64,000 nucleotides of DNA from the human T2T-CHM13v2.0 reference genome, Homo sapiens. Positions within the stretch are counted from its first letter, which is position 1; the number at the start of each line of letters is the position of its first letter. The position numbers were made by a program, and so were the translations under genes. The notes below the pieces were generated by a model. It was not told the DNA's origin and searched no databases. It saw nothing but the letters and a program-made list of their open reading frames with translations. Where the stretch lies: NCBI RefSeq assembly GCF_009914755.1, contig NC_060930.1, one strand, 5' to 3'. Of this stretch, positions 17,845-33,802 are shown in pieces.

Positions 17845-18709
17845 CGTCTGAGGAAGCTGAGAGGCTGAAGGAAGAGGCTGACAAATCCAATTTCACAGGA
17901 AAAAACAAAACAAAACACTTAATAGGGACTTATGATCAGAAGCCATGTCTTAGGCAGCCAGAAGATGAGATGTCCCTGCACCATCAACCCCCAGGTGCAG
18001 GGCTCATATACCATAGGGAATTGGCCTAATGGAAGGACTTCTGATAAATGTGGGTTTCTGGTAACCATCAATGTTGTTTTGACTTAAGGACAGGATTTAC
18101 GGTAATCACATGGAAATAGAAATCTTAGAGGCATTCCCGAAACTTGGGTTAATCAGAAATCAATATAGTGGCTTAGCATTCACCATGCTAAGTTTCTTTA
18201 GCCTTCACATAGAGTAACTCTTCTTTCTCTTACATTTTAGGTTAAGATGCAAGACTGGCTAGAAGGATAAGCAGTGGGAACAACGGCACAGGAGATGTCC
18301 TTATGGGTCCCCAACACTTTCTCTTTTGCCCTTTGGCAGGTGCTAGTGACAGGTGAGACCTGACCAGAAGTGGGAAAAAGGAAGTGAGATTTGATTTTCA
18401 GGAGATTTGATTGCAAACCTGATTATTATGTAAACTGGAACCAATTCTGACATATCTACTGTCCCAGTCTGACATTCCTAACCCATGCCAAACCCTGCAC
18501 ACGAGGGTATTTTTTAAAAAAGACCCAGAGTTTGTGTATTTTTGTTATTTTCCTGTCAGGCACTCAGGAGCCCTGGGATCTGCCATCTTATTATTCATCA
18601 TTAGTGAAGGGAAGTCCCAACCACAGAGGAGAATTCCGAATAATATCTTCCCTTTGTAAACATTTCTGCCAATTTCTAAGGACTTTACTCATCTATCCTG
18701 AGCTTTGTA

Positions 18710-18870
18710 ACCACTCTGTGAGGCAGGAAGAAAGAAAAGGTTTTGTCATCTTCACTTTATGAGTAAGAAAAATAAGATTGGAGAGGTTAATTGACTTGCC
18801 CAAGGCCAAACAGCCTGTAGGTGGTTGAGCAGAAATTTAATCCTGGGTCATCTGACTCCAGGGCTCAGTG
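18710..18870. mobile_element. MIR fragment
   Basis: 'gagaggttaattgacttgcccaaggc..tctgactcca' MIR core. Confidence 0.7.
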
Positions 18871-19412
18871 CGGAGAACATTGACCTGGGAATCTGGGGAT
18901 CTGGTTAATGTTTTAGATCTGCAGGTAACTCTCCTGCATCCCATGGTAACCACTTGTCACTGGAAAGTAGGAAGTTGGGGTCACCTGGGGGATCCCTAGG
19001 CTCTGTGATTCTCTCTGCTGATGGGAAGTGTGGGTATTCATTTTTCCCTCCCAATGCTCCCCAGTATTACTCAAGCTATGGAAATTAGGAATAGAGGTTA
19101 ATACATTCCAGAGAGAATTTATTTCTTTCCTATAAGTACAGATATGGTGAAAAATCACTGAGGAATTAGCAAAATCCCTTGACAGCCCCAAACCTCCTGA
19201 AGTAACTTGTGCTGCCTGAATCTGAAGTTAAGCTCTGGCTTTGTCCTAAGCTGCTGGCGAGCTGCCCGTCTAATTACAACATGGCAGGAATCTCTGTTAT
19301 GGCTTGCAGAGCAACAATGTGTTTTACCTGAAATTCACCTATGAAAACTGTCATTTTAGAGTGTGAGCAATGAGAGGCTGTTACAGAGTCTGAATTTGGG
19401 GTGTTGTGATTA

Positions 19413-19741
<329 letters not shown>

Positions 19742-20204
19742 TGAAGCCACCTCTGCATTTCCTTCAGTAGCCTTCCGCCAGTGTTCCTAACTCTACAAAC
19801 TGAGTTTTTTTCGTTGGTAATGACACTTCAGCCTTCTGAATGCTGAATATTGCCTTGATTTCTATGGTAACATCCCAGAAGGGAGATCAAATGAATAGGT
19901 TCACATCATATCACATAAGCTCCATGTCAAATCCATGAGAGGAAATGGGTTTGGGCAAGACCAGCACCATCATCAACTTCCTGGCATCCCTGGCACTCCA
20001 CCTCTCCTCAGCAACGCCCTCCTCCTCTCCTGGGACAACTTTGCTTTTCACATCACTCAGCTCTTCCTTGTTTTACAGCAGAGTGGTGGTAATTGATGTG
20101 AATGTTCTACTAAACAGACAGACGCGTGAGCCAGAGTCCTCTTAGTTAATAGACAGTTCAGTTCTATCAAGCTTGTTGAAATACTTTGCATTCTGATATA
20201 CTTT

Positions 20205-20515
<311 letters not shown>

Positions 20516-21065
20516 TGGCTGGACTCCTCCGATTGACTTCTATTCACCAGAATGTTGATGGCTCTGGTTCTCACCCTGTTGTTGTTTGCATGGGAATACT
20601 CCCTAGAAAAGAGATAAGGCCTCTCTCCTGCCTTTCTTCCACCCAGATTAAGACTGTGAGATGAAGACAGAAACAGCATCCGCTGAGGCACCTTCTCTTG
20701 TGAGTTCTCTGCTGCCAACAGACCTGGGGTGGGCACAGCGCGGGAGGCAGGTGATAAGGGGAAGTGAAAGCATCATTACAGCCGAGAGGCCTTAAAATGG
20801 TACAGAAGCCTGGCCTGACGCTGTGAGTCCAAACCTCTGGCTTTACAGGGTTTCTCTGAAATCTGGTCTGAGAGTTTAACTTCTTCCTTTCTGGTTGGAC
20901 CCTTGAAGGTAGCATGATATAAGTAGCACACCAAAGTGTCAAGATTGGGATGAAAGCACATCTTCCTTAGAATAACTTTCTTAAGCACTATTTTAGGTCT
21001 CTGTGTCTTAAACCATGGGCTTCTTAGACTTTTGGACGCTATATGTAAGTTGTGACTCTTGAGGT

Positions 21066-21850
21066 TATATTTGTTTCCTGGGGCTGCCATGACAAAGCAC
21101 CACAAAGCCAGTGGCTTAAAGAACAGGGATCCTCTCCAAGCTCCAGAGGCCAGAAACCAGACATCAGCTACACTCCCTCTGAACCTCGTAGAGAGAATCT
21201 TCCCTTGCCTCTTCTTAGCTGTTGGTGTCAGCCGACAATCCTTGGGTGTTCCTTGGCTTGTAGACACATCACTCCAATCTGCCTCCATCATCACAGAGCT
21301 GTTTCCCTGTGTCTGATATGAACACCAGGCCCATTTCCCTGGGTCTCTTATACAGATACAAGTCATGTTGGATTTGGGGCCCACCCTACTCCAGTATGAC
21401 TTTATCCCAATTTACCTAATTATTTTGTGTTTCGTTTTGTTTGTTTGTTTTGAGACAAGGTCTTGCTCTGTTGCCCAGGATGGAGTGCAGTGGCGTGATC
21501 ACAGCTCACTGCAGCCTCAACCTCACAGGCTCAAGTGATCCTCCTGACTCAGCCTCCAAAGTAGCTGAGATTACAGGCACATGCCATGATGCCCAGCTAA
21601 TTTTTGTACTACTTTTTGGTAGAGATGAGGTCTCCCTATGTTGCCCAGGCCGATCTCGAACTCCTGGGCTCAAGTGACCCACCCACCTTGGCTTCCCAAA
21701 GTGCCAGGCTTAAAGGCGTGAGCTACCCTGCCCAGCCTACTTTACCTAGTTACATCTGTAATGACACTGTTTCAAAATAAGTTCACATTCTGAGGTACTG
21801 GGGATTAAGACTTCAGCATATTTTTGGGGGGAACAATTTAACACGTAACA
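21066..21850 (-). mobile_element. MLT1 (MaLR) LTR interrupted by an AluJ at ~21424-21737
   Basis: 'tttgtttcctggggctgccatgacaaagcaccacaa..' to 'ttcacattctgaggtactggggattaagacttcagcata'; Alu flanked by tttaccta(a/g)tta. Confidence 0.85.
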
Positions 21851-21899
21851 AGAAAGAATACAGAATCCAAGATTTCCTAGACATATGTGTCCAGAGGAC

Positions 21900-22249
<350 letters not shown>

Positions 22250-22650
22250 TAGAAGGATGCCCTTGGCTCTCCGAAATGCTTGCTCATAGACTTCTCCAGC
22301 TCACCTTAAATATTACTGTCAACATCACTGTCTTGTCGTTCAGGCTGTGACACCTTTATTCTTCCATTTCAATTTCCTAGAGGGCCATGGAGCTTGCCAC
22401 CCACGAGAGGAACTCCTGCCTTTTGAGTGAGGTTGCACAATTGGCCTGTTCCTTCCAAGCTCATGAACTTGCTCTCTCAAATGGAAACTGGGACCCTCTC
22501 TAAGTGTGTGCCTGCCAGCTTGTGGTGGAGTCTGTTTTTTTTTTGTTTTTTTAAACAAGAGAGAATATTTTGCTTCTGCCAAGATTGACATGGCTTCAAA
22601 AGTGCAAACCATCTCACTGCAGCTGCTCTGCACCCTCCTGGACCCTCTAG

Positions 22651-23094
<444 letters not shown>

Positions 23095-23109
23095 ACAGCC
23101 TACTCTTAG

Positions 23110-23541
<432 letters not shown>

Positions 23542-23779
23542 AAGAAGTTTGCTTTTAATCCTGAAGCAATGCACATAGCCAAGAACATTTTTCACTACAG
23601 TAAGAATCATGAAATAGCTTTTACTGTTACAGAATGCCATGCACTCAATTTTCTTTTATAGTCTAGTCCAGCCTATGCTATTTCATTAATAAATGTTTAA
23701 GGTCATAAACCATTGTATTTTATTTCACTACCCATGACTGGGCTGCAACTTGCCTTTTGAGAAACAGTGTAGATGTAGG

Positions 23780-24270
23780 CAGGAATTTCTTGAATAATCT
23801 TCCTGCCTCTACTCTTCTCTCTAATTTATTTGTCCCAGTAGCAAGAGTGATCTTTTGCAAACCTAAATTAGATCAGGTCTCTCCAGTACTTAAACCCTTC
23901 AGAGTCTTTCATTCACTTAGCATAAAACCCAAACTCTTTATCATAGCCCACAAGCTCCTATCTAGAAAGGCCCTTTTCCAACTTCATTTTCTACTGCACT
24001 CAACCTGAACCACCCCACTCCAGCCTCAGCGGCCTTCTCTGTTCTGCCAATGCCTGCTAATCTTGACCATTGACTCTGATGCTTTTTGTCATTCAGTTCT
24101 CAGTCCCAAAGTTGTCTCCTCAGAAAGGCCTTTCCTGATCACCCTAGCTATGTCATATCACTGTTTATCAATTTACCCCTTTTCTGTTCCTCTTAGTACT
24201 TACTAGCTCCTGAAAGTATTTACTGGTTTGCTTGCTTGTTTGCTTTCCAGCTGTCCCACTAGGATATAAC
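23780..24270. mobile_element. L2 fragment
   Basis: 'agcaagagtgatcttttgcaaacc..gatca..ctcc', 'ctcctcagaaaggcctttcctgatcacc' L2 motifs. Confidence 0.65.
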
Positions 24271-24289
24271 CTCCGCCGGAGGGGACTGT

Positions 24290-24670
24290 CCTAGACTCTG
24301 AGGGGAAGATTATCAACTGCACAGGACTTTATCAGGGAGAATTCTTGGGGTCAACACTGCAGGAGGCAGACGAAGAAGCAGGACTGGGCAGAGGGAGACA
24401 TTGGGCTGTGATGTCATCACCACAGATGCCACAGCTCAGCCTACAGGGAGTTCTGAAGATAGGATCACCCTTCAGAACTGTCTAGATTTGGCTAGAGAGC
24501 CAGACCTTTGGATCCCTTGGTGACCAATAATTGGATGTAGAAAGAGGGAGTGATGCTGAACAAGACCCAGTGTGTCTTCAAATAGGTAAGACCTAGCAGG
24601 GATGACAGCTGGACTAGTGAGTGGTGGCTGCACTCCCTGGCTGGAGATGGAGACCCCATCACACCATCAG
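24290..24670 (-). mobile_element. ERVL-class LTR fragment (LTR16-like)
   Basis: 'gaagcaggactgggcagagggaga..cccttcagaactgtc'; a related copy in the opposite orientation lies at ~54590-55000. Confidence 0.5.
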
Positions 24671-24769
24671 CCATGAGTTCCAAACCAGCCTTTTCACAAC
24701 CATCACCCCAGCAAGGCGGACAGCACCAGTGCTCAGTAGTTGCCTCTGTTTTGGTGGCTGTTGTTCTCC

Positions 24770-25532
24770 TGAAACTGCCTTTGCAAAGATTATGACAACG
24801 AGATAATCTAGCCTGGCTGTGTCCACCTTACTTCTAGCCTCACAGGCTGGCTGTCCTCATTCATTCCTGGGTGTGGGCCAAGCTAACCTTGGGAAGCATT
24901 TAATTTATAGTTTAACTTTGAAGCAAGGATGATAATAGTCCCTCCCTAAAACTGACACCTTCCTTCTTCAGGGGCTCAAACCCTGACTAATGAAAGGCCA
25001 CAAGATTAGGATTATGAGAGGGGCCTGCATTCTGCTAAAATGTAGGCATAGTTTCTATAATTTCTTACTGCTCAGGAGTCATATGGCCAGAGGTCACAGA
25101 ATTTGTGACTTCCTCAATTGCTCTTAGAGATAATATCACTATTGTAGAATCTAAGATTGGTCTTTTGAGATGTTTTTAAAATTTTTGCATTCTGGCAACT
25201 CACCAACCCCATCCAGACCCATGACTCATGTCTCAGCCAGTCCTGTGGCCCCACCAAGAGGCAGACTCAGCATGCGAGGACCATTTCCCACACCCATATG
25301 ATTTTACCCCCAGCTAATCAGCAGCACCCATTTCCTAGCCCCCTGCCTGCCTGCCAAATTATTCATAAAAACCCTAGCTTCCGAGTTCTTGGGAAGGATG
25401 TTGTGGGTAATAAACTCTATCTTCTGCGTGGCTAACCTCATGTTAATTTAACTTTCTTTACTGCCATACTGCCATCTCAGTGAATTGGTTTTCTCGGTGC
25501 AGTGGGCAGGAAGAACCTGTTGGGCAATTACA
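24770..25532 (+). mobile_element. Solo LTR8-family (ERV1) LTR
   Basis: TGAAACTGCCTTTGCAAAGATTATGAC ... GGGCAATTACA termini; flanks ctcc/ctct. Confidence 0.8.
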
Positions 25533-26239
25533 CTCTGACCTCCCCTCTCCCTTCAGCTTCCTACTTAGTTTCCCATTACCAACCTCAAAGTCACTCTGCT
25601 TGGATAACTTGATTCTCTCCTGATGCCTACATCTTCCCTTGAATGGGATCCCATTCCCCTACTACTCACCAACTCCTAAAATCAAGATCAGACTCTCCCA
25701 CCACCTTCTTTGGGCCACATTCTAGGATTCCTTGCCCCTTACCCAAAGGCCAATAGCTCTTCATTCTCAACAGCCACAGGAGGCCCTCAACCACCCAGTT
25801 CCTTGTGCTGCCAGAAGGTGTTGTTGTTGCTCTAAGGGTAAAAGTTGTATAGAGCATTTTGATAAAAATCCAAGTGGCTACTTGAGATTTGCTTTCCTTA
25901 ACATCTCATTGCCTATAATGTTCAATAATGATACTGTGCTTTGGTAATATGATGATGACATTTTTGAAGATAGAGCCATATTTTCACAGTCCGTCCATGC
26001 TGGGCAGGTCCCTTCTGACATTTGTAATACTGAAGTAAAATGAATAACAGGAATGGGCAAGAAGGGGCTGGCCTCTTATTTTATAGGCAAGGAACATCAC
26101 TATTGGCCCAGCACTACTTTTGAGTTTTTTGGGGGGAAGGTGGTAATAAAGATATAAAAGATATAAAAGAGCTAAGAAAAATGGGCCTTGTTTTTAAGAA
26201 ATGTGCAATCTGGTTGATAACTCTTTCTTTTTATATATA

Positions 26240-26450
26240 ATAATAACATTGCTTTCATAAAACTTGTTCTATGCACTTTACACATATTAATTCAGTTACA
26301 TCTTATGGGCTGGGTACTGTGATTGTTCCATTTTACAGAGGAGAAAACTGAGGCACAAAGGAGTTAAGTAACCTGCTTAAGTTCACACCACTGGCACGTG
26401 GCAAATTCAGGACTGAAACACAGGCAGCTTGACCCAGACCATGCACTACA
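26240..26450. mobile_element. MIR
   Basis: 'ccattttacagaggagaaaactgaggcacaaaggagttaagtaacctgc' MIR core. Confidence 0.85.
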
Positions 26451-27431
26451 TTACATGATATTATGTTTCTTCACTAATGACTCTAGACCCTTGAACACCA
26501 GTAAGGGAGTTTTAATATATTAAATAATATATATTTTTAACTTTTAAAATTTATAGAAATATTATGTATTGATTTTTGAAAATATGAAAAGTGTTGAACA
26601 ATATAAATAGGAAAATTGAAAATCAAGTATGACTCAGAGATCACCAGTATTAATATTTTGATCCATGCCCTAAGTTGTTCTATGCACATTTCTAATACTC
26701 ATATAGTCCTTTAAAATTTAATATTGTGTTATAGGTTTTATATAAAATTTTGAAATGTAAAGTTTTATGGCTAATGTTATTTTCAATTTACTTTTATAAT
26801 TTCCCATTTATTTCTTCATATTATTAAATATTTCACAAAACAGTATTTTGCTTTTTAATAGTACATCACAATTTATTTAATCACCTTTTTGGTATTGCTG
26901 TTTATTGTTGTTTTCAATTTTGTGCTATTATAAGTAGTGCTGAAATGAGCACTTTTATGCAAAAAGCTTCTTTTGCATTTCAGACTCTTTGAGGTTTATT
27001 TCTAAATTTTTTTTTGTTTAAAATTACCTTTCAAATGATATTTAATGAATATTGGCAATTTTCTTTTCACAAAAGCTGTATCAATTTACATACCCCAGAT
27101 GTGTATGAAATGAGAAAGACTACTTTATCTCACTCTTGCCAAACTTGACTATTATATTTTAATATAATTCCATGAGTCTAGCTGAGTTGGTATACTGATT
27201 AGAGTAATTTAACATGGTATTCTGTTGTTAATTTACATTTCTTTGCTGTTGGGTTTGAACATTTTTTTTTCACTAAAAAATGTTGTTTAAGTTTTTTAAG
27301 AATAGTAGAGACATGGTCTCACTATGTTACCCAGGCTGGTCTCAAACTCCTGGGCTCAAGCAATCCTCCCACCTCAGCCACTCTCAGAGCTGAGATGTGC
27401 TACAGCTATATCTCTTTTAACAAAGACTCAT

Positions 27432-28405
27432 TGACAAAGACTCTCTCCTTGACCACACTCAAGTCAGCTCCTCAGGGCCCCCTTTTCAACTAAGTCCTGA
27501 CCTTGGACTCTGCCCTTGGCCTACTTAGTCCAGGTTTAGCAAGAATACTGCTGGGTCAGTTTATCTAAGATTCCCCCTACCCTCAATATCTGACCAAATT
27601 CCTCAAACTTCACTCTTGGTTTCTGACCATCTTTGATATCTGATCAAATTCCTCTTCCCCACCCTTGATGTCTTATCACCCTGGCCTGCTTTCAGCAATA
27701 ATCCCCCTAGCCTTGAGGTATCCTCTTAGTAATTTTCCATCTACTGACCCCTTGCTCTACTCCTTGGCTATAAATCTCCACTTGTCCTTGTTGTATTTGG
27801 AGTTGAGCCCAATCTCTCTCCCCTATAGCAAAACCCCCATTGCAATAGTTTCTTGTGTGAGACAAAGTAGCAAACATAAGAAACCTTATTTGTTCATTTC
27901 TGCTTGCTCACATAATTTCACAAAACCCCTGCCTCTGTGATGATGTGCAGCTTTGAAGACAAAACAAGATAGAGAACACGGCCTCCCACATCTCTTCCCT
28001 GACTCACTGTATTCCTTAAAAGATAAATAACCCTAATCCTTGCCTCTTCCTACACAGGAGATAAAAAGTCTGACAGAGTTAGTGATTGTACCTCTGTAAT
28101 TTATAACCAGATATGCTCTTACACCCAGACTTTGATGTAGTTCTGTGATAATGTGACTTCTGAGCAAGTCTGATGTGCTTTTGCACACTCTGACACCCTG
28201 CCATCTCTATGTAAGCAGTGGGTTGAAACACTGTTCTGGGCAGTCTAACAGGAATGCTCCTGGGCTATTGGCCTCAGTCTCTGTCCTCAAGACTTCCGAA
28301 TAAAACTACTTTAATTCTTTAAAACCTTGATTTTTTTGTTTGTTTAGGTGACACTTGAATAGTCTTTCTTACCATCCAACAAATTTCAGGATGAATTTTT
28401 CTGTA
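27432..28405 (+). mobile_element. MER31-like LTR split by a nested LTR
   Basis: Starts TGACAAAGACTCTCTCCTTGACC; its tail 'cttgaatagtctttctt' resumes after 28353. Confidence 0.65.
27856..28353 (+). mobile_element. Nested solo ERV1-type LTR
   Basis: TG...CA termini, AATAAA near the end, 4-bp TSD CTTG at 27852-27855 and 28354-28357. Confidence 0.8.
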
Positions 28406-28644
28406 ATGTTGTAGACTACTGCAGGAGGACTGCAGATTGATGAACAATTTGGAAGCCTGCTTGGTATTACTTTGTAAAGATGAGTGTTTGCCTACCCTAT
28501 GACCACACTCTCCCACCTAGGACACTCTTCCCAAGGGGTACCAGGACCACTGCAGCCACCACGTGGGGCAGGAAGTTGGGCACTGTGCAACTTCAGGAAG
28601 GTGCCTTTTACATCACAGGTGTCTAGCTGGTATGAGCATGGTGG

Positions 28645-29577
28645 TGATGCAGGATTTTTCTTGGCCCCTTTGCCGGACTCACAGAAGGGGTGCCCATCTA
28701 CTCAGCCCACTGTGCTCAGCCCCTTGTGGGTAGGTGCATGTGAGCTAGTGAGTGCAAAATCCAGCCCATGGCTCTGGGCACTGACACAGGAGCAAACTCC
28801 GTGCAGGGCTTGTGGCCAGACCAGCTGTGTCACCTTGAGGGGAATGCAGCAGCACCCAGGTGAGGGTGCCTGCAACCCTGAGGCCCAAGAGGGGGCGTTA
28901 CAGTGCTCCTTTAATTCTGCCATCCACAGACAGCAGCATGTTAGTAGATCAATTGGCCCCTTGTATCATTGCATGGGGCAGCTGCCCTCCACCAGTGAGG
29001 GCAAAGGGCCAGTGTGACAGCCTTTCTGGGGACTCGCATTTGGTGTGTCCTGAGCTCCTGTCCAGAGTCCAAGAAGAATGTGGTCACACAGATCATTGAA
29101 GGATGGTGAAGGCAGAGAATTTTACTGAGTGATGAAAACAACTCTCAATGGAGAGGGGAGCTAGAGAGGGGACAGGAAGAGTAGATCGTCTTCCCCAAAG
29201 TCAGGTTGTCTCTTCCCTGAAGTCAGGTCATCTCCTCCTCTACTGACTGAGTCTGGGGTCTTTATAGCCACAGGATGGGAAGAGTGTGCTGATTGGTTTG
29301 TGAGTATACAAAAAAGGTTAAAGCAAAGACACCAACCAAAGGTGCACACAATAGCATAGGAAACCAATTAAGAAAGTGTAGGTATATGCAACATAGGTGA
29401 CGTGTGGGGATCAATCAGAGGAAAGCATGCCAAACAGGAAGACAAGTTCTCAATCTGGTCCGAGGATTTAACTTGTAGCTTGGCTTTCAGGCTTTAGATT
29501 GTCTTTGTTTGGAGCTGGGGTTTCACCAGGGCCCCGCCCCCATCTATTTGGCATTTGGCTGCCTCCTGTCTTTCTCA
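28645..29577 (-). mobile_element. Solo ERV1 LTR (MER52/LTR27-28-like)
   Basis: TGATGCAGGATTTTT ... TTTCTCA termini with 4-bp TSD GTGG. Confidence 0.8.
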
Positions 29578-29631
29578 GTGGCCTGTCTTGGAGACATATC
29601 AAGACTGCTCATGTATGTTGCTTAACCCCTC

Positions 29632-30050
29632 TGATATGGTTTGGATGTGTGTCCCCTCCATATCTCATGTTGAAATGTGATCCCCAGTGTTAGAGGTGGG
29701 GCTTAGCGGGAGGTATTGGATCATGGGGATGGATCCCTCATGAATGGCTTAGCACCATCGCCTTGGTGATGAGTGAGTTCTTGCTCAGTTAGTTCACATG
29801 AGATCTGGCTGTTTATGAGTCTGGGACCTCGTCCTTCTTTTTCTTGCTCCTGCTCTCACCACATGACACAGTGGCTCCCCGTCGCCTTCTGCCATGATTG
29901 TAAGCTTCCTGAGGCCCTCACCAGAAGCTAAGCAGTTGTTGATGCCATGCTTCTCGTACAGCCTGCAGAACCGTGAGACAATTAAACCTCTTTTATAAAT
30001 TACCTAGTCTCAGATCTTTCTTTATAGCAACACAAGAACAGCCTAAAACA
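29632..30050 (+). mobile_element. MST-family MaLR LTR
   Basis: TGATATGGTTTGGATGTGTGTCCC ... 'ttaaacctcttttataaattacc..tttatagcaac..ACA'. Confidence 0.9.
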
Positions 30051-31104
30051 CTCTTCAGGCCTCGATTTCTTTAATAAAATAAGGACAGTAAGAGTGCCCG
30101 CTGCAGGGCTTGAATGGGATTGTTACCACCTTTCCCTCTGCTCCTCAGAGTTCAGATGTAGACTCAGAAGTTAGATGGATCAACCCAAATCACTAGTTTC
30201 ATTACTGAGAAAACTCAGTTGAAGAATGCAGGTGGATTTGGGGGTAGAATCGGGCTTTCCACTTCTTCCTCCTCACAACTAACACTGTCTTGTTCCATCT
30301 CTCTCACCCGCCAATCCCACAACCAATTCTGCTCCAGTAGGCTTACTCCTGGGAGGAACAAATGATTCGTGCATCTGGGCAGGCCTCAAGGAAATAGAGA
30401 TGGCAGAGGGGCGAGAGTCCTGCAGGAGTCCTCTGCGAAGCAGTGAGCAAGGGGAGGTTGAGAGAGAGGCCTGGGAGCCAGTGGACATCTCTTTCTTTCT
30501 AGGTGGGAATGTAAGGAGTGAGGGAGGAAAATGCTTCTTGACATCTACCTTGTAGATCTGAAGTGAGTATTAAATGCTGTCAAGTGAGTATCACAGTACC
30601 TGACAGAGGAAATGCTTATGAAAACATGAGTTATGATTTTATAATTATCATTACAGTTGGCTAAGCAAAGCCAGCCAGTGTCTCTCTCAGTTGACTTTGC
30701 AAATCTCTGTTCTAATCCACTTCAAAATGATTTAAAATTAAGATACAGGCCATCTGATTTTTAAAAATGTTCAGTTCTTATAGTGCATTTCATTATAATA
30801 GTGGGTCTATTATATACTTCATTCTTAATTTTTTGGCCAGAATTTCAAGAACAAAAATGCTAGGGTGAGCTTTTTTCCCTTTCTTTCTTTCCTTCTTTTG
30901 TATGTTGATTTCTGATTTTAATAAAATTGCTTCTTGTGTTTTATCAGTAACAATGTTGATTGAGTTTAAGATAGATTTTTAAAATTACTGGCTTCTAAAG
31001 AAGTTTCTAAAAATCAGAGTGGATGTTAAATATCAGATAACTTCTGGAAATCTTTGGATATTATTATATAATTTAAAAATTTGACCAACAGTTGTGATTT
31101 ATTA

Positions 31105-31328
31105 CAGGTTGAACATCTCTACTGAAATGCCTCTTACCAGAAATGTTCTGGAATTTTTATTTTTGGGGGTTTTGAAAGATTTGTGTTATAGATGAGCACC
31201 CTAATTTGAAAGTCTAAACTCTGATATTCTCCAGTGAGCATTCCCTTTGAGTGCCGAGTTGGGTCAAAAAGTTTCAGATTTTGGAGCATTTTGAATTTTG
31301 GATTTTCAAATTGGGGATTCTCAACGTG
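31105..31328. mobile_element. Tigger4a/MER46-like Tc1-mariner MITE
   Basis: TA-CAGGTTGA...TCAACGTG-TA terminal inverted repeats with TA target. Confidence 0.75.
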
Positions 31329-31734
31329 TAACAGGTCTCTTCTTGTTTAATTATCCCGTATCCTTTGGGTAAATCTCATTTGACTATGGAAAATATATTT
31401 TAAACATGCTAATAAATTTAAATGGCCAATTCTTTTTGTAAAATTTATGAGTAGGATTCATAAATGAGACTAATTTTATTTTCTGGTCTGCTATCTTTGT
31501 TAACATTTTAAAATAAGATTATACTAATTTTGCTCAATAAATTGGGAAGCTTTTCATGGTTATATATACTCTGAAACTTTTTATTTAGGAGTAATATCTG
31601 TTCTTTGAATCTTTAAAAAGTTCACCATCTGAGCTGGGATACTTCTTTTCACATAAAATGATTTGATAATGTTTGTAATTTTTTTAACCATAGTCACTGA
31701 TTTTTGGTTGGTTTTGGAACTTTGTTTGTTTTAG

Positions 31735-31912
31735 GGAAATTACTCCAGATTATCTGGGTGGCCCCAGTGTAATCAGGAGAGAGCCCTGCCTCTTAGTTGA
31801 CACCTCGATTTTGGACTTCCAGCCTCCAGAACTGTGAGAGAATAATACATTTCTGTAGTTTTAAGCTATTTGGACTCTGATACTTTGTTACAGCAACCCT
31901 GGGAAACTAATA
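31735..31912 (+). mobile_element. MLT1 LTR fragment, followed by an Alu right monomer (~31963-32108)
   Basis: 'ggacttccagcctccagaactgtgagagaataa..gttacagcaaccctgggaaactaatat'. Confidence 0.8.
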
Positions 31913-31978
31913 TAATCAGCCATCTCCTTAAATGCCAAGCCAACAAGTGCCTTTATTGAGAGACACCTTGTAGTCTCA

Positions 31979-32218
<240 letters not shown>

Positions 32219-32785
32219 CTAATAGCACTACAGAGTTTCTATCCTCTTTTCTTGAATGCATGTCATGTTGTTTGTGGTTAAGCTTTTTTATATAAAGGCA
32301 TTGATTTCAAAAAATCATGTAATATGGTGGTTGGAGAATTACTATAATTTTTATTTTGTAGGCCCCTACCCAAGACCCAAGCAGCATGTTCAGATATTGT
32401 TTGGGTAAGAAAAAGAGACACTTAGAAAACCCCTCAACCTGAAAATTAATGCTTTGATTGGAACAGAGACAGACTCACTTGATGAGTTACGTTCCAGAAC
32501 CAACTTCAACTTTCTGAGGCCCATATTTTCTTTTGAGCTTTTTTTTTTTTCCTGAAAGCTCTTTCTATGAAAAGCCTCTCCCCAAACCCATCATGCCTCC
32601 ACTTAAATGCTCATCAGGTTGAATAGTACATGAAGCTGGGGAAATCCGAAACCCTTTCCCCAGGGAAAGTAAGGAGTAAGGCAAAGGATGGGAATACGTG
32701 ATTTGCTTGGAGAAGGTGGGATATAACTTTTGATTCCCACCCCATAGTCCTCCACATTGGGACCATGTCACTTCCACCAACACCA

Positions 32786-33168
32786 ATTTTTTTTTTTAAT
32801 TTTACTTTAAGTTGTGGGATACATGTGCAGAACATGCAGGTTTGTTACATAGGTATACATGTGCCCTGGTAGTTTGCTCCACCTATCAACCCACCATCTA
32901 GGTTTTAAGCCCCACATGCATTAGGTATTTGTCCTAATGCTCTCCCTCCCCTTGTCCCCCACCCACCGACAGGCCCCAGTGTGTGATATTCCCCTCCCTG
33001 GGTCCATGTGTTCTCATTGGTCAACTCCCACTTATGAGTGAGAACATGCAGTGTTTGGTTTTCTGTTCCTGTGTTATTTTTCTGATAATGATGGTTTCCA
33101 GCTTCCATCCATGTCCCTGCAAAGGACATGAACTCATTCTTTTTCGTGGCGGCATAGTATTCCATGGC
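32786..33168 (-). mobile_element. L1PA 3'-end fragment (~380 bp)
   Basis: poly-T, then 'actttaagttgtgggatacatgtgcagaacatgcaggtttg' L1 3'UTR; ORF2 C-terminal 'MEYYAATKKNEFMSFAGTWME'. Confidence 0.93.
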
Positions 33169-33802
33169 ATCACCGCCAAATTTTATGCAAACAGTTCCTC
33201 TTCCCAGTGCCATGGTTTTCTTTCCAAATAAGACTCCTGCTAGCTTTCATTTGAACTGCTGCAATGGTTCTTTGACTCACCTTCCTGCCACAGCTTTTAT
33301 TGGCCCCTGATTTTGTGACCAGATTATTTTGCCTTAAAATAGTTTTAAAAACATCACTTCCATTCTTTACTGAAGCTTTGAATATCTATTTATTGGGAGT
33401 TTATTATGTGCAAGACACTGTACAGTTTTCTGTTGTTTTAAGCCATAGAGGTTACAATACTCTGCCCCAGCAGCTCCAGCAAACTGATGCCACCAGGCAT
33501 CTTCTTAAATGCCAAGCAGCCATGCCTTTGTCAAGAGCCATCTTGTTTACCAAAAATAGTGTCCCAATAATTTATTCTTAGAGGAAAAATAAGAGTGAGA
33601 AATAATTACTAGCTCTGATAATTATTTTTTTATTTGCAGAAAAACAAAATGGTGCTTTATTAAGACACCATGTAAGAACAATTTTCAATAATTGTTTTAT
33701 CTTTAGGATAATTTGCTTTTCTGGATAATGCAGGGGCTTGGGTTTGGAGAATCTGAATTTGGAATAAAGCAGGGCATGTGAGAAAGAGCCTTTCATGTAG
33801 CC

